Assembly: GCA_905178155.1 (NCBI GenBank)
Contig: CAJINV010000003.1
Coordinates: 7,673,882 to 7,737,881 of the forward strand
Length of the DNA stretch: 64,000 bases
Source: Amoebophrya sp. A120
Taxonomy: Eukaryota > Protista > Dinoflagellata
Reading direction: 5' to 3'
The translations under genes were made by a program, and so were the position numbers. Below the pieces are notes generated by a model. It was not told the DNA's origin, searched no databases, and saw only the letters and a program-made list of their open reading frames with translations. This document shows, piece after piece, positions 1 through 10,844 of the stretch. How positions within the stretch are numbered: position 1 is the first letter of the stretch; the number at the start of each line of letters is the position of its first letter.

Positions 1-662
1 TCTGTCTGTCTGTCTGTGATTCTATCTACTTTTGCCTTCAAATTTCTTCTGTACTACCTTCTTCATCGCAGTGTTATAACATCCGGTACCGGTTTTCTGT
101 AGCTTTATTTACAAAGAAAGCGTAAGTACCAATTGAAATCGTTATGTTATATAGCGCCGCATGAGCCGAATTAATCTTGGAAAATTTCAACATGACTGGA
201 ATTGTCCGCATCCGTCGGGCGTCAACAGATTTCAGTGTACGGGACTCGCGTGGTGACCCGCGGGATAGTAATATTTCTCCATACTGATGCAGTCTAGTCC
301 AGCTCGTCCTTGATGAACTTCTCCCTCTACCGCCCGCCGTCGCCACGATCTGGAAAGGAACACTTCCCTGCCCGAGGTGCGCGCGTAACTACGCGAAAAA
401 AATATCCGATTCGTTCGGTCATTCCGGTATACTCGGCGCAGCCATTGTGTAGGAAAACCCCCCGTGGTACCTGCAGAGACACACTACACCGGACCTCGTC
501 GGACATCAAGCATAGCTGTCCCGCGAAAATTACTTCTTCGGTTGTCTCCTAGTATTACATGCCGGCTCGTCGCTTGTGAAGGGGATCCAGGCTACAGCAC
601 ATGGGTTGATGAAAACGCGGCCATCAATCGTGGTCACCAACAACAGCTGCTGTAGTTTTTGA

Positions 663-2300
663 TCAGCACGGGTGGTCTACATCCACGCGTCGTTCTGCCT
701 GTCCGAACGGTTTCAACTGCATCAGCCGGCGAGTCCGCATTAGCTGTTCTCTTTCACAAGTGACTGCATGGCCGCATGGCGTCGTGGTCTTGGAAAAAAC
801 CGGTGCAGCGCCGCGTCGCCCGAGGGGGCTGTGTCTTTGCGGAAGCAGAACATCGATGTAGCCCGCGTGACGCTGGTTTAGTATCTGTTTCTCCTCTTCG
901 ACCGCTATTTCCAAACTCGGCATTCATGGGGATGCACAATTAAAACTTCTTTTCACATGGTCCCGATGAACAAAAGGATGCACGCTTACAAAAGCAAGCC
1001 TCCGACGATCGTGGTTCTCGCTGCAAAAACAAACTCCACACTGCGATTCTATTCCTTGAAAGAACGTCTTCTTTGCGTCGATACATAACTGCTGCGACTG
1101 GTAGAACAGAAATTAAAACTGCTACGACGTCGCTTCACCAGGAGAGATGTGTCCTCGCGACGGTCGGAGTTGTGGTGCGATGTATCAGCTAAAAACTTCA
1201 CTGGCATTGCCCGCGGCCAAGCCAGTCGCTGCACTCGGTGCGCCGCCTTGGAGCAGCCGCTGGCTCTGCTGGTTTAAGACGCGGATTGCCAACAAAAACT
1301 CCGCGCGCTCGTGCACCCCTCCGAAAAGCACGCGCGTACCCCGAATGAGCAGCGAGCGGCTGGTGATTTTTAAGTTGTGTTTTTTATGATCATGTTGCTT
1401 GTGCTACTACAACGACGTCATTTGTAATGAATCAATATATCTGTTGAATCCGCGTACCCGGCCACACCCAGAAAAAATAAAATGCGCAGCCGAGCTCCAT
1501 AGTACTGTCATATAACAAATGTTGTATTTATCTCTGTGTATTAAGTATCTGTACTTGGTTTCTTCGTCCTCTGGAGTTTCGATGTCACCGGGCTGCAGCG
1601 GAAAGTGCAGCACCTCCATCGCGGTCATTTCATCCGGACCCATCCCATCCTCGAGACCGGGCATTGTCTGTCCTTGGCCAGCAGGATTATTAGAAGTCGA
1701 CGCTTTGGGGCAGTAGAAATGTAAGCTTTCCTGAAATCCCGCGCCGCCTTTTGTAGTTGTACCAACCGCCTGCTCCGGGGTGGTAGTACCGGCGTCCTGC
1801 GATTTCCGCACGAGCTTCAGCATGGCGGAAGTTTTCAACATTATCCCACCCACTTCAGCGCCCAACGCCATACCGGCACGCAGCTTGTGCCCCATTGCGT
1901 TCACGCGCTGTGCGGTATCCCGCAGCATTACCGCGCGCCCTCCAGCGCTACCAACGGGGCCCCCGACGGATGCTTGCGGCGTGCTCGCAGCGGATGGCGA
2001 GCTTGGCGGTACGGCTGCTGGCTCAGAGCTGTCAAGGAAGGAAGTAGTGGGTTTATACTATTCACACATAAACAAGCGATACGTGGATACTATCTACCAT
2101 AGCCGCTGCTCCGTGACAAATTTTTGTGCCAAATATGAACAATGCGAAGGAACATTGGGAAGTTGTGATACCCGCTGCTGGATGCTGCAGCTCCACTGCT
2201 GCTTGCTGCTGAAGCCCCGTGTTTCGCTGTCTGACCAAGAGAACGGCCCCAACTCCAGGAACGGGTATGAGAATGCACATCTCCTCATCACCTCATACTG
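663..2300 (-). CDS. Probable multi-exon gene(s) of unknown function; exon structure unresolved
   Basis: GC-rich minus-strand open stretches (e.g. 1407-1928, 663-923) separated by AT-richer segments; same orientation as neighbours; no recognisable domain. Confidence 0.3.
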
Positions 2301-3706
2301 ATTTGGAGGGCATGTATAGCATGAGAAACGGCGAGGAACATACTAGAGCCTGCGTCTAGAAAGTTCCTGTGCCGGCTGCAGTTCTGTTTGCCAAACAGAA
2401 CTGCAGCCGGCAGTTTTGACTGTTTAGGCTTCCGAAATAGATTTGACATGCAACCAGCGCCACAAGGCAACAACTACATCTGGAATTTTGCGTGACAAAT
2501 GAGGGGGACGGGAATAAATTGTGCACTCTCATACCGCACCAGCTCCATGCACAACGCCACAACGACAGCCGCGACGGCAATTCCCGTCTTCTGTACCGTT
2601 GTCGGGTCGTATCATGCATGACAACTCCCCCTCATCTGTTAGGAACTGTGAACCTTTTCATTAATTTCACAGCGTGTCATATCTCTGCTTCTGCTTCAGC
2701 CTACGTCATGCATTCTAGGTAAGTGGATACCATCGCCGATCGCGCTCGGACGTGAAGGGGGACATTCCTCAACCAAGACCAAGACAGATTCATTGGAGGG
2801 ACCCCCAACACCATAAAAAAAACAAAGTGACATAAAGAATTCGCAAAGCGCAGGGCGTGCTGACCCTTTCTTCCCGGTGCCACTGGCACTGATGCTTCTA
2901 CATACTCACAACGAGGGGGTGGAAGGGGAGGTGTTACAAATAATAGATCAGTGAGCAGCTCTATCGGGACTGCCTGCCACCCCTGCATGGCGACATGCTC
3001 GACCATCTTTTGAGACGTCTGACAGTGTGTGCAAAGTGAGTGTGAAACTGAGTGCAGCTACAACTACAGAGTTATTCCAATAGATCAAGCACGCAGCACA
3101 AAGAGCTGCTCAGGTCAGTAGAAACAAGCTAGACAACATCTTCTTACACGTGATTTTATATGAGCGCTCTGGGAGTACGTTTGAAAAACGAAACAAAAGA
3201 CAAATCCGAACGAACATATCGTTCTAGGCCAGCCGTACCAGATGAAACGCAGCTACAAAAATACTATACAGCCTGCTATCGCGTACCATTTTTCATTCAA
3301 CACTAGAAGCAAATCGCGAGCACGATATAGCTTCTCCAGTTCACGCATTGCCTTGTTCTCCAGTTCGTTTTCTTGTAGATTGCTTCCTCATGCAAAAACA
3401 AATTCGACTGATTTTTTGCCTCTCATCATGATTTGACAAGCGCAACAATATTGGTTCCGTTACACAGAAGTGCAAGATTTGGCCTCAGCTCGCTGAAATT
3501 GTGGTAGACGAGAGGAACACCGCTGTGAAAGAACTGCGCACAGGCCAACCGACACTTCTTTCCGCCACTAAGTGCCATCTATTGAGTTCTGCGATATAGG
3601 TGCGTCTTTGCAATCTCCGCGCAAGCACTCGCATTTCCATCGGTACAGTAAGAACTAGTAGTTCTAGTCGTAGCACCGTCCAGAAAGAAACACAAATACT
3701 TGGTCG

Positions 3707-6700
3707 TCAGGAAGATTCTTCTTTCGCGAAGCGTAGGAGAATCTTTCGCAGTGTGAAGTACGCGTTCTCTTGCCGTGCCTTCTCCGCGCACTGCAGTCGA
3801 TGTACCATCTCATTAGCGGCCACGCATTGATCAATCAGCCGCTGGAGGTTCTTCAGCTTCAAAAAAAAATCAGTGTCTTCCGTCTCCAGCATTTGTATCT
3901 GATGTCGTTTTGAGCGAAGAAAGAAAATTGAGAAGAAAAATCATGGCATCGTCACGATGGAACGACGTGTCGTGGGCTGTAGATGTACCATTACGACTAA
4001 CCGCAGCGAATCCCGCTGATCGTCACAAATCTTGCTGCAAGCAAAGAAAAATGCCGCGCATTTATTTTATCCGACATACCGCGGTGACTAGCTTGGTGAA
4101 GGGAATCTCGTCGGGGTCTGACACGTTGCTCTTCTTGATTACGCCACCCGTATGCGCTTCGACTCCCGCGATGGCTTTGTCGCTCTCCAGCTCGTCGTAC
4201 GTTTCCTGAAACTTTCTTCCCACAACCGCCACCGGCAGCGCGATCAGCAGTATACCTCAGAGACATAACAGCAAGTACTCAGAGGGCATTTTGTACAGAG
4301 CCCGGGAAGAGGAGGACTAGAATGATCGGCGAGCAATGAGTAATACATTGGCGCGCCAATTACGATTTCCTGCCTCCTCGTGGATATTACCAAAAACCTA
4401 CGGCAACAGGCCACCATCTTTTGCGAAGTAGGAACAATTAGCGGAGCAACTTTATGAGAACATGAGGATCTTGAAGATCTTCAGGCTCACGATCGAATAA
4501 AAAAAAGCGAACAGAGTACATGGGTACCAGCGAGCAGTGCTAACGACGCGACCACCTGGCCCTGAGGCGTGCGGGGCACGATGTCACCGTAGCCCACCGT
4601 GGTCATGGTGACGACGTTCCACCACACCGCGGTGAGGATGTTGGGAAAGTCGAGCGAGACGTCGTGCTGATCGCAACATAGGCCGTAGGTCTTGGAGAAG
4701 TGCTTTCCGCCCGACCCGGCCTCGCACTCCGACACATACTGGGTGTAGTCGGCGGCCGTCCAGTTGTCCTTATCCGGACAGTATGCATTGCAAATATAAG
4801 TATTCTGGAACGCTGCGAGGACTTGTGATACTGAGTCTAGAGCAGACAAAGATCGGTCATCTTGCTTAGTCAGCAAAATAACCGCACGCCGTTTGTCTCC
4901 ACCCGAAGGTGGCATGATTTCTCCGGCGGGCTCGGCATGGAAGAGCCTCCGCGCGTCGTGCTCCCTTGATGCAACCAGCATAGAAAATACATGCCAAATT
5001 GTTCTTCCAGACGAACAAAATTTTCGAAATATTTGCATTTCATAGACAGGAGAGCTTTTCGAAGTAGTAAATGATCGAGGAAAACAGGATGACCCCGATG
5101 CCCAGGAAGAAGAGCAACACGAGCAGGATCTGAATGGAGTCGAAAACCGCGTGGAACATGAGCTGAAGCGCGGTGCTGTACCGCCCGAGTTTAAAGATGC
5201 GAAACAGCCGCACCAAACGAATCGCACGCAGCACCCGGAGGAAGCCAGCGCCCCCGCCCTGGAACATGATCTCGATGTACAAGGGCATCACGGCGAGCAA
5301 GTCGCACACGTTCATGGGCTGCGCGAAGAACTGCTTCACGGTTTTGCCCGGCATCACGTTGCACACCCATAATCGGAGCGAAAACTCGACCGTGAAGACG
5401 ATGGTGGCGAACCAGTCGATGGCCATCCATATCCAGGAAAAAAAGTGTGTAAGTAAGTGTAACTTTCTTTGAGACACAGCATCACAAATTTGCTCTACAT
5501 GACAAAGAAAACCTGTCATGCGTGGCTTATAAGGGAAAACACACATGGAAAGAGGACTTCGTGTCTGTCTGGCATGACAGGTGTAACTCTGTTGCATGCT
5601 CTGCAACACAAGTTTACACTTACACAGTTTTTTTCTTGCATAATCCACGTGTCTTTTTCAATGATCAAGCTCTTCGTCTGCGTGGTCTTCTGTACCCCGT
5701 ACTTGTCCACGTCGGGCATGAAAGTGGGTGACGTTTCTGCGACCAGGCAGAGAATGCTGAAAATGATCACGGCCAAGATGAACAGCGAGATGCACTGGGC
5801 AACAGTGGAGGAGTGCGCGTCGTCAAACAGGCGGTAGATCTTCATCCGCACCTGAACCATCTCGATGGAGTACCACTTGGAAAGAGGCACGCTCGACAAA
5901 CTGTCCGCCACCATGCGACTGCGCACCACGCGACACCGCCACTTCGCTTGGATCAGGATCGCCGCTATTGTCTCTATCTTCCGCGTCGTCAGGCACCCGC
6001 CTACAATAATGTTGCAGACGTAGAGATAACAATTTTTCTTTTGATGACGACGTTGGAATGTCTATAGTTCGGTAAATTTGCTGCAAGCTTTTGCGCTGAA
6101 CCATCAACTACACTAAGTACTTCGCCTATAACTTTCAACCAAGTCCGCAGCCATAGTGTCCTTATCTAATGCAGCAGTCGCAGAAGTTTTTCAAAAACAC
6201 CTGTCTCTGCTGGAGTGGTCAGCACGCGTTCCCACCTGGACCCCAAGTTCATCTGGCGAATCAGTTGCGCGTCGTATTCCGGCTCTACGACAAACTTTCG
6301 TTTCGTCTTCTTTCCGCCCGTTGCGGCAATGCGCAGGCTCATCATCTCCTTGCCAACCGACGTCATCTTGCCGATTGTGGGATTCGCGGTTTTCCAACTG
6401 AATGATCAAAGGAACGAGAGCGCGGCAGGGACGATGTGTATTGTACCTAGTGATTCGTGTGTGCGCCTCGCCTTCTGATACTCTATTTTCACAGACCAGC
6501 GCGCGCTCCCGGATACGGACGAAGCCGCCAAACGAGCACCAGGTGGCCGGATGTATTGTCGCAAGGGTCCTTCGAGGGGCGGTTCTCCCCTATGCTGGAA
6601 AAGCAAAGTCAGGACCTGAATCAGTGTTGTTCTGGAAGAAGATTTGCACGGGCAGCTACAACAAGCAGGGCTGCTCCTTCGACAACGTAAGTAAGGAAAA
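3707..6700 (-). CDS. Voltage-gated K+ channel (Kv, 6-TM), multi-exon; 5' end approximate
   Basis: S4 [22 protein letters not shown], pore [17 protein letters not shown] (~4580-4625), S6 LLAG|[15 protein letters not shown] across a GT-AG intron, probable coiled-coil last exon ending at 3707; N-terminal IQ-like motif. Confidence 0.9.
4782..5044. mobile_element. Introner-like non-canonical intron in the Kv gene
   Basis: Ends TATGCATTGCAAATAT...ATATTTGCATTTCATA (inverted, 14/16); direct repeat GACAG at 4777-4781 and 5045-5049; removal gives in-frame YFEKLSC|PDKDNW. Confidence 0.85.
5430..5642. mobile_element. Introner-like non-canonical intron in the Kv gene
   Basis: 25-nt inverted ends TATCCAGGAAAAAAAGTGTGTAAGT / ACTTACACAGTTTTTTTCTTGCATA (22/25); direct repeat ATCCA at 5425-5429 and 5643-5647; removal gives EKDTW|[11 protein letters not shown]. 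Confidence 0.85.
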
Positions 6701-7297
6701 ATTTTGCTTATTGCCTCAACCAAGCAGACGTGGCAGTTGTGGATCTAGTTCTGACTCGAGAAGTCGCTGTATTCTTAGAATGTGCGAAACCGGACCACCC
6801 GCGCGAGGACGACATTTTTATCAAATCAATCTGCTTTTCAAAAAAATCTGACATTGAAGAATGCAAAATCTGGCTTCAAATCCTACACGTAATTCGCATC
6901 GCTGGGCCTACATCGCGGATTGAAACGGCTTGTTTCTGTGTCAATTCGCACGACCTTCTTTGGCTTGGCGACGAACCTCGGAGCTCTCTCAGCAGCGAAA
7001 AATCTCTCTATTGGAAGTTGGTGCAGCTGACTTTCCAACGGGCATAAACGTGCGACATATCCCTCTTATCGACAACATACTCGCGATACGTAAGAACAGC
7101 ACTACTTCGAACAGAAAACGCACGATGCACATGAGCCCAGCCCGTTCGAGAAAAGAACTCCGCGTCAAATATTTTCCAGGAACTGCCTTTTTTTTTACTT
7201 TGCTACCACGTTGTCGCGCGTACCTCCACAGTTTTCATCGGACTGCACATGTCAATCCCGCCTTGGAAAAACGAAGGCCGCTGTCCGGCTCGCGTCT

Positions 7298-9379
7298 CTA
7301 CGCCTCAACGACAAAGTCCAAAGCCGACGTTTCTCCATGCGTTCGCTTCCAATTTTGTCGTATCGCCATGCGAATGCTCTCCGCCACGCTGCCCGGGTCT
7401 TCAGCCGCAAGCATCCAGTGTCGAATCTGGTCCCCGCTGGGCCACATGGACACTACCGGCGTCGTGAGTGCACAGTCCAGTTCGTTCAGGCCTCCGCGGT
7501 CGGGCCACTGTACCGCGTCGAGCCACTGTGGGGACGCAAACACCGCGTTTCCGACACTGTACCAAATGAGCTCATACTGAAACCCGCGGAGCATCCTCGC
7601 CTGGTACGAGAGAGAGCAGCCCCATGGCTTGGGCATGCTGCCTCCGCTGCGAGCACGGCCGTCGAACTGGTAAAATTCCTCTAAGTTCTCCGCGGTGTAA
7701 GGAGATGAAAATGAAGAGGAAGCAGCCCCCGGGAAGATGTGGTCTGAACTATCTCGGAGCTCACTTTTTGTGCGTGTTTCGTCGCTCCGCCCAGCACGCG
7801 TCCACTTCTGGGAAAAACGGAAAGGCGGTGGAACCCCATCGTACACCTCCGTGAGAATAAGACTGGGCAGCGGCGGCAGTTCCTTTAGAACGCGTGGATG
7901 GCTACCCATGTTGGTTTCCGTGTACATATTTCCGGGTGCTGGTCTTTGCTGAAGCACAGTCTGCAGCAAGGCTTGTAACACGTCGCAATCAAAGCTATCG
8001 ATGTCTATCTTTACTATGTCCACGACCGGCAAGCCTCGTGACTTGCGTAGTGTTCGACGCGCGGCCACTTTCTCCTGCGACAAGGTGGTATCATTTTTCC
8101 GTGGGCCATAGTACCCTTCCGCCGCCAAAATTGCGCTTAAGACCCGCTGCCCGACGTTTTCCGGCGTCACGGAAGAACACAGAACGGGAATTCGCGGCCA
8201 GTTTCGCTTGTGCCGCTGGCAATCACGAGGGTTGGCCTCCACGGCCAACGCAAGGCGAATTTCTTGTTGCCGGTCAAAAAACAAGCTGGGAAACGGGTCC
8301 TCGTGCCACCCATCGTTGGCGCCCATGTTGATGAAAGAATCAAACTGGCGCTTGGTCTTCTGCAGCATGATCGTATTTAGTACCACCAACACATATTCAA
8401 TCGCCAGGGCCGAACTCGCCTCTAGTTGCCACTTTTTCTGTTCGCTTGATGAAGGCAGCTCGTGTGTTTTGCTTGCTTCGCGTCGACGTCCGGCTCGCAA
8501 AATGTCGCTCCACGCTTGCAGGATGTATCTCTGATCGCAAGGCAGAGTGCCGTACGTGAGCTTCTTCCTCTGTTCAAGCACTTCACTGTACGCCGGTTTC
8601 CATCTCCCGACCAGCGGAGCCCACCGATGGAGCGGCTCTTTCGGGCGGTCCGCATAGTGGCTCGAGTGCAGGACTGCTCGTCTTTTTTTCACACTCTCCA
8701 CGTCCAGAAGAGGAGCGGCGTCGTCACGTCCTTTTCCCCTGTAGTACACGGAGGGTGTTGCGTCGCGCGGTTCGGCGTCTCCGGGAAAAAAATTGAAGTA
8801 CTGGCTCGCAACGGCGACCTGCTGATGTCCCAACTCTGCAAAGGCATGCAAAAACTGGAATACTTGCACCCTCAAGTCACTGTGTGGTCCAAAATCTCGA
8901 TGCAGCCGCGTCCCCACCGGGATCGTGCTGAATAGCTTAACTTTTCTTGTGGGTCCAATGATCTGGGCTTCTGCAGCTCCGACGGTTGCAAAATTTGTCA
9001 CTCCGTGCAGACGGTGGAGCTGCGGTTCGTACCGCGCCAGCGCGCCCGGTGGAGCCTTGCTATTCACAGACGCCGGGAATACCGATTCGCGCACGTACCC
9101 CTCCTCGTACGAGTTAACCGGGAGGGCGAACGGGGTCTTTACAGCAGAAGTTGCAGAAGTTGCATTTGTACTCGCATAGGCTTGCACCTCGCGGTTATCC
9201 ACCTGCGGACTATCATTTGGATAAAACAACGCGAACGCGTCAGCATGCAGCGCTGGAAAAAGGAAGCCGAAGAACCCAGCCGGCTCCTCGTCGCATGCGT
9301 AATTCAGCTCTGCATCATTGAGAAAGGTACACCAATCGCAAATACATTTGTGTTGCCTAAAATCGTCATGCGCAGACAC
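7298..9379 (-). CDS. Protein with C-terminal FkbM-like SAM-dependent methyltransferase domain
   Basis: 693-aa ORF with FINMGANDG, AVEANP, VDIVKIDIDSFDC, LILTEVYDGVPPP, WGCSLS and GNAVF in the order typical of FkbM/Methyltransf_21-like proteins. Confidence 0.6.
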   Translation of the reverse strand: MSAHDDFRQHKCICDWCTFLNDAELNYACDEEPAGFFGFLFPALHADAFALFYPNDSPQVDNREVQAYASTNATSATSAVKTPFALPVNSYEEGYVRESVFPASVNSKAPPGALARYEPQLHRLHGVTNFATVGAAEAQIIGPTRKVKLFSTIPVGTRLHRDFGPHSDLRVQVFQFLHAFAELGHQQVAVASQYFNFFPGDAEPRDATPSVYYRGKGRDDAAPLLDVESVKKRRAVLHSSHYADRPKEPLHRWAPLVGRWKPAYSEVLEQRKKLTYGTLPCDQRYILQAWSDILRAGRRREASKTHELPSSSEQKKWQLEASSALAIEYVLVVLNTIMLQKTKRQFDSFINMGANDGWHEDPFPSLFFDRQQEIRLALAVEANPRDCQRHKRNWPRIPVLCSSVTPENVGQRVLSAILAAEGYYGPRKNDTTLSQEKVAARRTLRKSRGLPVVDIVKIDIDSFDCDVLQALLQTVLQQRPAPGNMYTETNMGSHPRVLKELPPLPSLILTEVYDGVPPPFRFSQKWTRAGRSDETRTKSELRDSSDHIFPGAASSSFSSPYTAENLEEFYQFDGRARSGGSMPKPWGCSLSYQARMLRGFQYELIWYSVGNAVFASPQWLDAVQWPDRGGLNELDCALTTPVVSMWPSGDQIRHWMLAAEDPGSVAESIRMAIRQNWKRTHGETSALDFVVEA

Positions 9380-9404
9380 AACTTACTGTCATGCAGGATG
9401 CAGT

Positions 9405-10283
9405 TTATGTATGATGCTGCTTGCGATCAGAGAGGTAGCAAAAAAGCTTGGCATGCTGAATAGCTAAAGCGTTTTTCTGCCTGGAAAGCCGCAAGGCAAG
9501 TTTATTCGCTTTTCTATTAGTATTGGTGTATACACCTTCAATAAGATACACTGCAAACTCTAAATCGGTTTCCGGGGCTCCAAAGTTTTTGCAGAATCTT
9601 GCCAAACTTGGCCTCACGCTCCCGCGGGGCGGGAGAAAAATGTTTGCTGCGCCGTCGCGCACCGCGATGTCTAGCGCCCGCCTTCTTTTCGTTGGGTCCT
9701 CCAGCAGTGTTTTCGCGGCGAAAGCCCGCGCCTCGCCATTCTGGATACAGCACTGCCATCGGAACTCTTGCGCGCGCGGAGGCAGCGAGGCCCGCACGCC
9801 GGCGGCTAACAGTCGGAAGTCTGCGAAAGGAACTTGAAAGCTGTAGTGCCACAGATCGCGAGCGACGTCGTTTGTGATAGAGAGGAACGGCTGCACTTCA
9901 AGCAACTGCGCATACTTGGCAATGCCTTCTCGCAGTTCGGGAACTTGACGGATCCGCTGCCAAGCTCTGCGGAGCAGCCCGTCGACGCTCGTGGTATTCT
10001 TCTTCTCGGTGTCGGTGCCGCCGACTGGCCCTAGAAATCGCCGGATCCCATCTGCAAGCAGGGCGAATTCCCCGATACCGCCCGAACGTGAATTTTTGTT
10101 CGGGGTGAAGAAGTACCGCAGACTACTTCGGTACAAATGACTAGAGCGCCATTCTGGCTCTGTAACGTAACCAAGTAGCTGATCGTAGAAGTACGGAGCT
10201 AGCCTCGCTTGACAAAAAACAACTGGAAAAGCAAAAACGAAAAAAATTACGCGGTGTCCTGGAGTCGACACGTTACATTGCAT
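9405..10283 (-). CDS. Signal-peptide-bearing ORF, possibly first exon of the methyltransferase-like gene
   Basis: 292-aa ORF, hydrophobic N-terminus VIFFVFAFPVVFCQA; ends 25 nt before the next ORF, which lacks an ATG start. Confidence 0.5.
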   Translation of the reverse strand: MQCNVSTPGHRVIFFVFAFPVVFCQARLAPYFYDQLLGYVTEPEWRSSHLYRSSLRYFFTPNKNSRSGGIGEFALLADGIRRFLGPVGGTDTEKKNTTSVDGLLRRAWQRIRQVPELREGIAKYAQLLEVQPFLSITNDVARDLWHYSFQVPFADFRLLAAGVRASLPPRAQEFRWQCCIQNGEARAFAAKTLLEDPTKRRRALDIAVRDGAANIFLPPRGSVRPSLARFCKNFGAPETDLEFAVYLIEGVYTNTNRKANKLALRLSRQKNALAIQHAKLFCYLSDRKQHHT

Positions 10284-10844
10284 GCCGTTTCTTACACGAC
10301 TTCTTTGGAGAGCCAGCAGCTCGGGGCAAACACGTTGCCATCGTAGGTATCCGGAATAAGTTCGCTTTCGTTAACATTGCTGATCAATCTAAGTAGCAGC
10401 AGACAAAAACATACGATGCTCATCATATTCATCTGTGATCTACTTTAGGTCACCAAAATAAACCAGTGCCGATCTCCGTCCAGTAAGCACAATCGAGAAT
10501 TGAACTAGATTCTTGAGCACGAAGCAGATAAGCAGGAAAGAGATGTTCAGGCCACCGACCAGTGGAAGGCAAGATTATTCGAAACGATCAATGACGAACC
10601 CCTCGTCGGAAGGCCTCTCTAGTCCGCAGGTAAAAAATGCATCAACGCATGAGCTTGGACAGTCGAAGCAGCAACAACCTCCAGCGTTCTTCTCGCGAAA
10701 TTCTTCTCGCGAAGATATTGTTGGGTTGCGCGAAGGCAGATTTGCGAGTTTGTTAAGGTGTGACTACAAAGCCGTGCACATTGGCGCGCGGATAGTCCCA
10801 AGAACGTTGTCTACAACTTCTCGGACTCCCAAGAACGTTCTACT

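Noticed and set aside
1-17. (TCTG)n microsatellite
   Set aside because: Short, ordinary and truncated by the window edge
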